Shown: piece by piece, positions 1 to 7,822 of the stretch
Layout of the letters: each line of letters begins with the position of its first letter
Numbering within the stretch: position 1 is the first letter of the stretch
NCBI GenBank assembly: GCA_964482615.1
Contig: CAYZYK010000001.1
Coordinates: 2,144 to 66,143 of the forward strand
DNA length: 64,000 nt
DNA from: an uncultured Candidatus Saccharibacteria bacterium
GTDB taxonomy: Bacteria > Patescibacteriota > Minisyncoccia > Minisyncoccales > CAYZYK01
Direction: 5' to 3'
The notes under the pieces: model-generated
What the model was told of the DNA's origin: nothing
The model's input: the letters and a program-made list of their open reading frames with translations, nothing else
The model's database searches: none
Position numbers and translations under genes: made by a program

Positions 1-2
1 AC

Positions 3-875
3 GGAAAGACTGAACATGGGACTCTTTATAACTCAAATCCCCAAATTCAAACTACCTTTAGAAAATATATAGAAAAACTTTTTGGTATTTCTACTAAATT
101 AGTTAAAAGAAAAACAGGATATAAAATTGTAAACAAAGGCTGGAAAACAATGACTAGATTCCTGGTTGATATTGCGGATTTTCCATTAGAGAAGAAGAGT
201 AAAAAAATAAAATTTCCAGAATTATTTTGGACCCCCTCTTTTAGTAAAGGATTTATAGCCGGATGGTTTGATACAGATGGTTATATTTCTCAATCTAATC
301 ATTCCATTGAATTTGTCTCAAAAAGCCAAATATTAGTTAAAAAGATTTCTATCTATCTTTTATATTTTGGTATTCACTCTGCAATATATAAGAATAGGAA
401 AAAAGCTCCTGGTTGGAACAAAAAAAAGACATATTTTTCTCTAAGAATTGCTAATAAGCCTTATCTGTTGAAATTTTTTAAAAATTTTCCAGTGAAACAC
501 CAAAAAAAGAAAGAAAAAATTAAAGAAGCTTTATCAAAGACTTCGACTAGTCGGATTTTTGACCTAACTCCACTTCCTGGTAAAAACTTAAAATCTTTTT
601 ATATTGATGAGCACTTATTTCCGTATTTTTCTAAATATCGCTCTTATGAGTTTTTATCCAGACATTTTTTGAAAAAATTATTAAAATGGAAGAATAAAAT
701 TGTTCTTCCGGAAATATTTTCTTTGCCAGCAGTGAAAAACCTACTTAATCCTGGAGAAATTAGTTGTGTGAAGGTAAAAAATAAAAAAAGAATTGAAAAT
801 AAATCTAAGTTTGTCTACGACCTTACTGTTTCTGAGTCACATAATTTTGTAGCTGAGAGGATGTTTATTCATAAC
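3..875 (+). mobile_element. Intein (C-terminal part) with LAGLIDADG homing endonuclease in IF-2
   Basis: FIAGWFDTDG endonuclease block; block F/G VYDLTVSESHNFVAERMFIHN followed by Thr+1 at the G1 P-loop position. Confidence 0.93.
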
Positions 876-2288
876 ACAGCGATTTTAGATTATATTAGAA
901 AATCTAATATCATAGCAGGGGAAGCAGGAGGAATTACTCAACATATTGGAGCTTACGAAGTTGAACATAAAGGGAAAAAGATTACTTTTATTGATACTCC
1001 GGGACATGAAGCTTTCTCTGCCATGAGATCCCGGGGAGCCAAAACAGCAGATATCGCTATTTTAGTGGTTGATGCTGCAGAAGGAGTCCGAGAACAGACC
1101 AAAGAAGCAATTTTAGCTGTCAAGAAAGCAGAAATTCCTATGATAGTTGCTTTGAATAAAATAGATAAGCCCAAAGCAGATCCAGAGAAAGCAAAAAGAG
1201 AATTGTCAGAGAGTGAAGTTTTGGTAGAATCTATGGGGGGTGATATCCCCTCTGTTGAGACCTCAGCAAAAACCAAAGAAGGTATTGATGAACTTTTGGA
1301 ACTAGTCTCTTTGGTTGCTGAAATGGAAGAACTCAAAAGAGATACAGAATCTCCTTCTGAGGGTACAGTAATTGAAGCCCATTTGGATCATTTCAAAGGT
1401 CCTATGGCAACTTTAATTTTAAAAAAAGGAACCTTAAAAGAAAAAGATATTATTGGAACTCATACAACCTATGCTAAAATTAAAAGTTTGGAGGATTTTC
1501 AGGGAAAAAGAATAAAAGAATCTTTTCCTTCCCAGCCCGTTATTGTTTTAGGGTTTGAAAAAGTCCCTCAGATAGGAGATAGATTTAAGGTCTACTCTTC
1601 TGTTGAGGAGGCCTTAGAGAGGATAGAAAAAGAGAAAGGAACTCCTTCTCAAGTGTTTGTAAAAGAAGAAAACAAAGAGGTTCTTAATATAATTTTGAAG
1701 GCAGATGTCTCTGGTTCTTTAGAGGCAATTGAAAATGTTTTAAAAAATTTACCCCAAGAGAAAGTAACTTTAAGGATTTTAAAAAGTGAGGTTGGGGAAA
1801 TTACAGACTCTGATGTGAAATTAGCTGAAATGTCAAGTGCTTACATTGCGGGGTTTAGGGTAAAAGTAAATCAATCAGCAGAAAAAGCTCTCAGAAAATA
1901 CAAAGAAAAACCGAAGATAAAAACATACGATATTATTTACGAATTAATTCAGGGAGTAAGAGGGGCCATGGAGAAAAAAATAACTCCAAAAATAGTAAGA
2001 GAAGACCTAGGGAAGGTTAGGGTTTTGGTAATCTTTAGAACCAGGAAAACCCGTCAGATAATAGGTGGTAAAGTAATAGAAGGGGAGGCAAGAAAAGGAG
2101 CTAAGATAGAGATTGTCAGAGACGAAGAAAAAATTGGAAAAGGTAAGGTTGTTAGTCTCCAACAAAACAAAAGAGATGCAGAGAAGTTAAAAAAAGGAGA
2201 AGAATGTGGAATATTGTACGAAGGAGATACTAAAATACAGAAGGGAGATACCTTGCTTTTATACACAGAAGAAAAAAAGAAAATTTAA
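3..2288 (+). CDS. infB: Translation initiation factor IF-2, 5'-truncated by the window edge, intein-containing
   Basis: Frame open from nt 3. After the intein end: TAILDYIRK..GEAGGITQHIGAY, FIDTPGHEAF, NKID, LKADVSGSLEA, GEECGI (IF-2 motifs). Followed by rbfA. Confidence 0.96.
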   Translation, partial: GKTEHGTLYNSNPQIQTTFRKYIEKLFGISTKLVKRKTGYKIVNKGWKTMTRFLVDIADFPLEKKSKKIKFPELFWTPSFSKGFIAGWFDTDGYISQSNHSIEFVSKSQILVKKISIYLLYFGIHSAIYKNRKKAPGWNKKKTYFSLRIANKPYLLKFFKNFPVKHQKKKEKIKEALSKTSTSRIFDLTPLPGKNLKSFYIDEHLFPYFSKYRSYEFLSRHFLKKLLKWKNKIVLPEIFSLPAVKNLLNPGEISCVKVKNKKRIENKSKFVYDLTVSESHNFVAERMFIHNTAILDYIRKSNIIAGEAGGITQHIGAYEVEHKGKKITFIDTPGHEAFSAMRSRGAKTADIAILVVDAAEGVREQTKEAILAVKKAEIPMIVALNKIDKPKADPEKAKRELSESEVLVESMGGDIPSVETSAKTKEGIDELLELVSLVAEMEELKRDTESPSEGTVIEAHLDHFKGPMATLILKKGTLKEKDIIGTHTTYAKIKSLEDFQGKRIKESFPSQPVIVLGFEKVPQIGDRFKVYSSVEEALERIEKEKGTPSQVFVKEENKEVLNIILKADVSGSLEAIENVLKNLPQEKVTLRILKSEVGEITDSDVKLAEMSSAYIAGFRVKVNQSAEKALRKYKEKPKIKTYDIIYELIQGVRGAMEKKITPKIVREDLGKVRVLVIFRTRKTRQIIGGKVIEGEARKGAKIEIVRDEEKIGKGKVVSLQQNKRDAEKLKKGEECGILYEGDTKIQKGDTLLLYTEEKKKI

Positions 2289-2294
2289 GTTTCT

Positions 2295-2639
2295 ATGTCA
2301 GATAGAATTAGGAAAGTAAACGAATTGATAAAAAGAGAGCTTTCGGATATAATCTTGGAGAAAGCAAGCTTTCCCAAAGATGTTTTGGTTACTTTAACTA
2401 GAGTAGAAACCTCACTTGATTTAAACAAAACTAAAGTATACATAAGTGTTATACCAGAAAAACACTTTGAGAATATTATTAAATTTTTGAATCAAAACAG
2501 GAGAAAACTGCAAAAAAAATTAGGCAAAAGAATAAAAACAAAGCAAACCCCTAAAATTGAATTCAAAGAAGAGAAAAAAACAAGAGAAGCAGATAGAATT
2601 GAAAAGATTCTAGATAAGATAAAAAAGAAGAAAAAATAA
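2295..2639 (+). CDS. rbfA: Ribosome-binding factor A
   Basis: DRIRKVNELIKRELS..VTLTRVETSLDL..TPKIEF; directly after infB. Confidence 0.92.
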   Translation: MSDRIRKVNELIKRELSDIILEKASFPKDVLVTLTRVETSLDLNKTKVYISVIPEKHFENIIKFLNQNRRKLQKKLGKRIKTKQTPKIEFKEEKKTREADRIEKILDKIKKKKK

Positions 2640-2686
2640 AATAAAAATAATTGAAAAAAGGGTTGAAAATGCTAAAATTAAAAGGT

Positions 2687-2758
2687 GGCGCGGTAGCCAA
2701 GTAGCAAGGCATCGGTTTGCAAAACCGACATACGCGAGTGCAAATCTCGCCCGCGCCT
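2687..2758 (+). tRNA. tRNA-Cys(GCA), non-canonical D/T loops (A18, G55)
   Basis: Acceptor GGCGCGG/CCGCGCC, anticodon arm TCGGT-TTGCAAA-ACCGA, T arm GCGAG-TGCAAAT-CTCGC, U73. Confidence 0.93.
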
Positions 2759-2762
2759 CAAA

Positions 2763-2850
2763 GCCCGGGTGCTGGAATTGGCATACAGGGTTGACTTAAA
2801 ATCAACTGGGATTATATCCCATGTGGGTTCGAGTCCCACCTCGGGCACCA
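2763..2850 (+). tRNA. tRNA-Leu(TAA)
   Basis: GCCCGGG/CTCGGGC acceptor, GTTGA-CTTAAAA-TCAAC, long variable arm, TTCGAGT, encoded CCA. Confidence 0.96.
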
Positions 2851-2875
2851 AAGAGTACTAAGTTAGTACTTTTTA
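2851..2875 (+). terminator. Probable intrinsic terminator after the tRNA pair
   Basis: AGTACTA-AGT-TAGTACT hairpin followed by a T run. Confidence 0.55.
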
Positions 2876-3035
2876 TTATAAAAAGAATATATCTCAAATA
2901 TTTCTTCAAAATATTTAATTTTACCCATTTTTACTTAAAATATTTTTTCCACTTTGGGGGTCTTGACATTAATCTATTTTTTGAGATAATAGGTATATCC
3001 CGCCTAAAGCGGGATTTTAAGATATAAGGCTATTT

Positions 3036-4433
3036 ATGGTTGGTTCAAACAAAAAAACAAAGAAAAACGGTTCAAAAAGAAGTAGAAAGAAGAAAAGACC
3101 CCTCAAAAGATTAAAACTAGGATTTGAGGGAGAATTTCTGATTTTAGATGAAAAAGGCAAACCAGCTAACAAAGCTGATCTCTTGCTTAAAAAAGTTAAT
3201 CCAAAAAAGAGCAAGACAGGAAACGAGATTAGAAAAGAATGTGGGAAAAGCGAGATAGAAATCGGAAGTTATCCTAGCCACGAAGTTACAGATACTGCTA
3301 AGACCTTCCTTGATAATTTGAAAAACCTTCTTTATGTTGCCGAAAAAGAGAATTTAACACTTTGTCCCTTGGGAACTTATCCCGGCAAATTTGTTCCCAA
3401 AATGAGAAAAAAAGAATATAAGGTTGCAGCAGGGTTGTTTGGAAGAAAATTTATTAGATCTGGGCGTGTTTTCGGTTATCATTGTCATTATGTTCTCCCC
3501 AGGGGTACATTTAACAGTAAAAAATTAACCCTAAAGAGAATGATTGGTTCTAAGGTTCAGAAAACCCTAGTTGATTCTTATAATTTCCTGATTGCTGCTG
3601 ATCCCGCTTTGACCACTTTCATGCAATCCTCTCCTTTTTATCAAGGATATCACTTTGCTAAAGATGCAAGAGCAATAATTTACAGAAGAGACGAATGTTT
3701 AAAACCAAGTGGAGGAGTTCCTTTTAGATTCCAATTTGATTCTCCTATGTCCAAAATATTACCTTCCTACCAAAGAACAGTTACAGACATACTTCATTTT
3801 ATTGAAAATCTTTACGAAGATAGAACGAGTTCATGCAAAGAGGCGGGATTTAAACCAAATTATAAGTCGAAACTAATTACAAACTGGACACCAGTCAAGG
3901 TTAATACTCATGGCACCTTAGAACAAAGAGGTATGGATATGAACCACCCCATGAATATAATGTCTGTTTCTTTTCTTGTTAAATCAATACTTAAGACAAT
4001 CCAACAGGGATTTTATAAAGTTAAAGTTTCAGAAGTAGCCATTAAAAGACCTTTCTATTTGAAGAGAAAGACAATTCATATACCTCCTTTTTCTTATGTT
4101 AAAAAAACCCTCCAGAGGGCTTCAGTTTTAAAGGGGTTTGATGAAAAAATTATTCTTAATTATTCCCAGAAATTATTTGATTTAGCTGAATCTTTCACCC
4201 TCAAAAAGAAAAGAAAACTTTTGGGTCCCTTAGAGAAAATGTTAAAAGACAAGAAGACGCTTTCTGATGAAATTATTTGCGAAGCCAAAAAACTGGGACA
4301 CAAAAATCTTAAAGAAAGATTATCACAAAATATTGCTTCTAAAATTGCCTTTAACCATTCCAAGAAGCTCTTCAAAGAAATAGTTTTAGTTCAGAAATTA
4401 GTTGAAGAAGTTTCTTTATTAAATGGATCTTAA
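3036..4433 (+). CDS. Glutamate-cysteine ligase family 2 (YbdK/GCS2-like carboxylate-amine ligase)
   Basis: LGFEGEFLILD, KE..KSEIEI, GYHCHY, QSSPFYQG, W.PVK..HGTLEQRGMD motifs of the GCS2 fold. Confidence 0.75.
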   Translation: MVGSNKKTKKNGSKRSRKKKRPLKRLKLGFEGEFLILDEKGKPANKADLLLKKVNPKKSKTGNEIRKECGKSEIEIGSYPSHEVTDTAKTFLDNLKNLLYVAEKENLTLCPLGTYPGKFVPKMRKKEYKVAAGLFGRKFIRSGRVFGYHCHYVLPRGTFNSKKLTLKRMIGSKVQKTLVDSYNFLIAADPALTTFMQSSPFYQGYHFAKDARAIIYRRDECLKPSGGVPFRFQFDSPMSKILPSYQRTVTDILHFIENLYEDRTSSCKEAGFKPNYKSKLITNWTPVKVNTHGTLEQRGMDMNHPMNIMSVSFLVKSILKTIQQGFYKVKVSEVAIKRPFYLKRKTIHIPPFSYVKKTLQRASVLKGFDEKIILNYSQKLFDLAESFTLKKKRKLLGPLEKMLKDKKTLSDEIICEAKKLGHKNLKERLSQNIASKIAFNHSKKLFKEIVLVQKLVEEVSLLNGS

Positions 4434-4568
4434 AAGTAAATTAGAAAACTAACTATTTAATGAAATAAGACGAACCCAAGAGAGCGGTCTAGGGTTCAGA
4501 GAAAATAATATTCAAAGAAGAACTTATTAAACAATCCGAGAAATATTCCTTAAATTTAGAGGAAATAA

Positions 4569-4715
4569 GGTAAAATTTTTCAAGAAAAAGTTAATCATAA
4601 CGCTTTGGTTTTAAACAAAAAGCATACTACCTGTTTAACCAGAATCTCTAATTCTTATATTTCAAATATTGCTCGGGGAGGAATAGCGGTTCCTACTTTC
4701 GTGGTTAAAGAATAG
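4569..4715 (+). pseudogene. Possible remnant C-terminus of a circularly permuted ATP-grasp ligase
   Basis: Start-less frame GKIFQEKV...CLTRISNSYISNIARGGIAVPTFVVKE* resembles the QE.V...LTR....vvN.sqGG...tfv tail of CP-ATP-grasp proteins (from memory). Confidence 0.4.
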
Positions 4716-4779
4716 AAAACAGAAAAAACAATAAAAATACCGGTATGAAACCGGCTTTTTTAATTTCTATTTTAAAAAA

Positions 4780-5292
4780 TTATATCTCCAAAATCTCAAT
4801 ATGAGTTGTTTGAGCCCCAAAGTTTTTTGCTTCAGAATAAGAAGGAAACCAAATATCTATTTGATAATTTCCTTTTCTCCAGTTCATTCTATCTTCGACT
4901 GTAAATATTTTATCACCAAAAAGGTCTGGAATTTTTATCTTTGTGCCAAAGGGTAAATAATTATTTGCTACTATTCCGTCTCTAACTCTTGTTCCAGCTG
5001 CAGTAATAAAAGGGGTGTCATCGGTTTGCCAAACAGAGCTTGAATAAGCAGTAGCAATTACTCTTACTTTCTGGACGGGTTTTGAATCAGGGCTTGTAAC
5101 CTTAGATATTGAAAAAAGACTATTGTTTCCAACAAAAACTAAATTTCCCTCCGATAAAGCAAGGATTTCTTTAATATTAGAACTTACTGTATTTGCTTCA
5201 AACGTTGGCAAAATTCCCAATAAAACTATTGTTCCCATTGAAATAGTTAGGATGTATTTCAAATTGAAAAGATATTTTATATTCTTGTTCAT
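4780..5292 (-). CDS. 3D-domain (RlpA/MltA-like) cell-wall protein with N-terminal TM/signal
   Basis: ATAYSS..QTDDTPFITAAG..VANNYLPFGTKI..VEDR..IDIWF. Start moved to 5292 because TATAAT overlaps the 5301 ATG. Confidence 0.85.
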   Translation of the reverse strand: MNKNIKYLFNLKYILTISMGTIVLLGILPTFEANTVSSNIKEILALSEGNLVFVGNNSLFSISKVTSPDSKPVQKVRVIATAYSSSVWQTDDTPFITAAGTRVRDGIVANNYLPFGTKIKIPDLFGDKIFTVEDRMNWRKGNYQIDIWFPSYSEAKNFGAQTTHIEILEI

Positions 5293-5299
5293 TCTTTTC

Positions 5300-5327
5300 A
5301 TTATATTTATCTAAAATTAACTGTCAA
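5300..5327 (-). promoter_or_regulatory. Sigma70 promoter of the 3D gene (leaderless)
   Basis: TTGACA-16 nt-TATAAT, 7 nt before the ATG at 5292. Confidence 0.7.
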
Positions 5328-5374
5328 CTCCCTTTTTTAAAAAAGGTTCCAAAAGGAACCCTTTTAAAATTATG

Positions 5375-5446
5375 AGCGGGAGACGGGATTTGAACCCGCG
5401 ATCTTCTCGTTGGCAACGAGACGCTCTACCACTAAGCTACTCCCGC
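5375..5446 (-). tRNA. tRNA-Gly(GCC)
   Basis: GCGGGAG/CTCCCGC, TCTCG-TTGCCAA-CGAGA, TTCAAAT, U73. Confidence 0.96.
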
Positions 5447-5452
5447 CCTTTG

Positions 5453-5526
5453 TGCCGCGGATCAGACTTGCACTGATGAACCTTCGCTTTTTCAGAGCGA
5501 CGCTCTACTACCTGAGCTACCGCGGC
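5453..5526 (-). tRNA. tRNA-Phe(GAA), non-canonical D/T loops (A18, G55)
   Basis: GCCGCGG/CCGCGGC, TCGCT-CTGAAAA-AGCGA, T arm ATCAG-TGCAAGT-CTGAT. Confidence 0.93.
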
Positions 5527-5563
5527 ATATATAAATTGTAACAGATTTTAAAATAAATTTAAG

Positions 5564-5635
5564 TGGGCGGCATAGGATTTGAACCTATAACCTTCGCGAT
5601 GTAAACGCGACGCTCCACCGTTGAGCTAGCCGCCC
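5564..5635 (-). tRNA. tRNA-Val(TAC)
   Basis: GGGCGGC/GCCGCCC, TCGCG-TTTACAT-CGCGA, TTCAAAT. Confidence 0.95.
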
Positions 5636-5655
5636 ATAAGGAATTTCTTCTCTTG

Positions 5656-5739
5656 TGGGCGAGGAGGGACTTGAACCCTCACGTCTATAAAGACCTACGG
5701 CCCTCAACCGCAGCTGTCTGCCAATTCCAGCACTCGCCC
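5656..5739 (-). tRNA. tRNA-Leu(GAG)
   Basis: GGGCGAG/CTCGCCC, TGCGG-TTGAGGG-CCGTA, long variable arm, TTCAAGT. Confidence 0.95.
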
Positions 5740-5747
5740 ATTTAAGT

Positions 5748-6414
5748 TTATATTCTTTTTGCTCCTTTGTTATCTGTTCTTAAAATAGTTTTTATTTTCT
5801 TGCGCTTACGTTCAAGACAGGGTAAATTTCTTTTGTAATATATTTTTGAGATTAATATTTTTGATTCCTTTTTGGCATATTTTAATTGGTAAAGATAATT
5901 TTTGCTGTGTCTGCTTAAGCAATCTAAACTGCCGCTTATATGTAATAGTTTGTTTATTTTAAATCTAAGCCAGAGAATATGTTTTTTGCTCGCGGAAGTA
6001 AATTTAGTATAAAACATAAAACTGCTATTCCATCTATTGTCTCAATAACCATTACAAGAGCCATCACTATCAAAAACCCCTCTTAAAAAATCGAAAAAAT
6101 ATTTGTTGGGAATTCTTAATTTACCTATTGTTTTTGCTTTGTTTGGGGTTAAACCTATTTTCAAGAGCCGTCTATAAAGCATTACATCTCCGAGTTGGAT
6201 ATGATGATAATCTTTTTTTATTGAAAGACCGTTACTTCTTGGGCCGATTTTGTTTTTTAAATTAAGACACCTCTTAAAAGTTTTTAATAATTGAATATCT
6301 TTAGACACAAGGACTATATGATATCCATCAATAGATAAACTTCCATCTGTTGTAATAAGACCCACAGCACAAGCAAGATTTAGCGACCATTTAATCTTTT
6401 CTTTTGGGTTTCAT
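5748..6414 (-). pseudogene. Free-standing LAGLIDADG homing endonuclease, disrupted
   Basis: Motifs LACAVGLITTDG and FLRGVFDSDG. ORFs 6042-6365 and 5748-6017 share a frame, split by TGA at 6042-6044. The ATG at 6414 (MKPKRK) is out of frame with IKWSLNL. Confidence 0.8.
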
Positions 6415-6472
6415 CTTTTTTTATTTCCGTCTTCTTGTCTTTGGTGGATGTTGACTCCTTTTGTTCTTTTTT

Positions 6473-6928
6473 TTATTCTGATCCTTTCTTTTCCTTTTCC
6501 TTTGGTTTTTTTTCGAGTTTTTTCTCCTTTTGTTTTTTTTCGGCTTTTTCTTTTAGCTTTTCCCAAACAAGAGTTTCTTTAAGGTCTTTCTTTTTTAGTC
6601 TTGCTCTTTTCCCTTTGGCTTTTCTTAAAAAGTAAAGTTTAGCTTTTCTTGGTTTGGTTCTCTTTAAAACCTCTATTTTTTCAATAATAGGGGAATGGAC
6701 CGGAAAGATTCTTTCAACCCCCACTCCCGATATTTCTGTTCTTAGAGTAATGGTTGATGATATTCCTTCACCATGTTTTTTAGCTAAAACAAGACCTTCA
6801 AACATTTGAGTTCTTTCTTTCTCACCCTCTTTAATCTTCTGGTGAATTCTAACAGTATCACCGGGTTTTATTTTAGGCAATCCTTCTTTTAACTGAGATT
6901 TAAGAAATGTTTTGACTTCAGCTGACAT
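6473..6928 (-). CDS. rplS: 50S ribosomal protein L19 with Lys-rich C-terminal tail
   Basis: PGDTVRIHQKIKEGEKERTQMFEG..GVGVERIFP..RKAKLYFLR. Confidence 0.96.
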   Translation of the reverse strand: MSAEVKTFLKSQLKEGLPKIKPGDTVRIHQKIKEGEKERTQMFEGLVLAKKHGEGISSTITLRTEISGVGVERIFPVHSPIIEKIEVLKRTKPRKAKLYFLRKAKGKRARLKKKDLKETLVWEKLKEKAEKKQKEKKLEKKPKEKEKKGSE

Positions 6929-6952
6929 AATTTTGGAATTTTAATTTTATAA

Positions 6953-7663
6953 TTAAGATTTAATATTTTCAATAGCTTTATTTAATTCTTTGGGCAAAGG
7001 AGATTTAAATTCTCTTTCTTCTTTTTCAGAAACATTTATTTTAAGCAGAGAAGCATGTAAAAACATACGATTAAGACCCTTTGGAGATAGTTGATTTTTA
7101 AAACCATATTTTTTATCTCCAATAACTGGATGATTGATATAAGACAAATGGACTCTTATTTGATGTTTTCTGCCCGTTTTTGGAAAAACCTCCAATAAGG
7201 TGTATTTGTCGAATTCTTCTAAAATCTTATATCTAGTTATTGCCTCTCTTTTGCCTTTGCTTTTGGGGCCCCTGGATAAATAAACCTTTTGTTTTTTTCC
7301 GTTTCTGTTTGCTCTTCCTATCTGAGTTTTTATTTCTCTTGAAGATATCTTTACTTTTCCTGAGACTAAAGCAAGATATTTTTTTAAAACCTTTCTTTTT
7401 TTGAATTGGCCCTGCAAGAATTTTAAGATTTCGTTATTTTTTGCTATCAACAAAATTCCTGAGGTTTCCTTGTCTATTCTATGAACTAGCCCGTATCTTG
7501 GTTTTTTCCCTGCTTTTTTTAACTCCAGCCCCTCTTTTATTGCCAAATCAATTAAAGTTTTTTCTTTTGTTTTTCCTGTAGGGGAAACAACAATACCTGC
7601 GGGTTTATCAACAACTAAGATATTACTATCTTCGAAGATAATTTTCAATTTTGAATTTACCAT
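6953..7663 (-). CDS. RluA/RluD-family pseudouridine synthase
   Basis: VVDKPAG, VHRIDKETSG, TGRKHQIRVHL..HPVIGDKKYG, LHA. Confidence 0.93.
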   Translation of the reverse strand: MVNSKLKIIFEDSNILVVDKPAGIVVSPTGKTKEKTLIDLAIKEGLELKKAGKKPRYGLVHRIDKETSGILLIAKNNEILKFLQGQFKKRKVLKKYLALVSGKVKISSREIKTQIGRANRNGKKQKVYLSRGPKSKGKREAITRYKILEEFDKYTLLEVFPKTGRKHQIRVHLSYINHPVIGDKKYGFKNQLSPKGLNRMFLHASLLKINVSEKEEREFKSPLPKELNKAIENIKS

Positions 7664-7671
7664 TTTTCCTG

Positions 7672-7745
7672 TGGGCGGTACAGGACTTGAACCTGTGACC
7701 TCCTCAATGTCAATGAGACGCTCTAGCCAGCTGAGCTAACCGCCC
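7672..7745 (-). tRNA. tRNA-Val(GAC)
   Basis: GGGCGGT/ACCGCCC, TCTCA-TTGACAT-TGAGG, TTCAAGT. Confidence 0.95.
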
Positions 7746-7746
7746 C

Positions 7747-7822
7747 TGGTGCGCGTGGATGGATTTGAACCATCGACCTTTCGCTTATAAGACGAATGCT
7801 CTAACCCCTGAGCTACACGCGC
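7747..7822 (-). tRNA. tRNA-Ile(TAT)
   Basis: GCGCGTG/CACGCGC, TTCGT-CTTATAA-GCGAA, TTCAAAT, A73-CCA, C4:G69. Confidence 0.92.

Noticed and set aside
6042-6044. In-frame TGA at a probable Trp position, suggesting stop-codon reassignment (code 4 or 25)
   Set aside because: TGA terminates intact genes here (MBL hydrolase at 13881, pilin at 43745, ligA at 46748), long genes have no internal TGA, and the same gene also has a frameshift.
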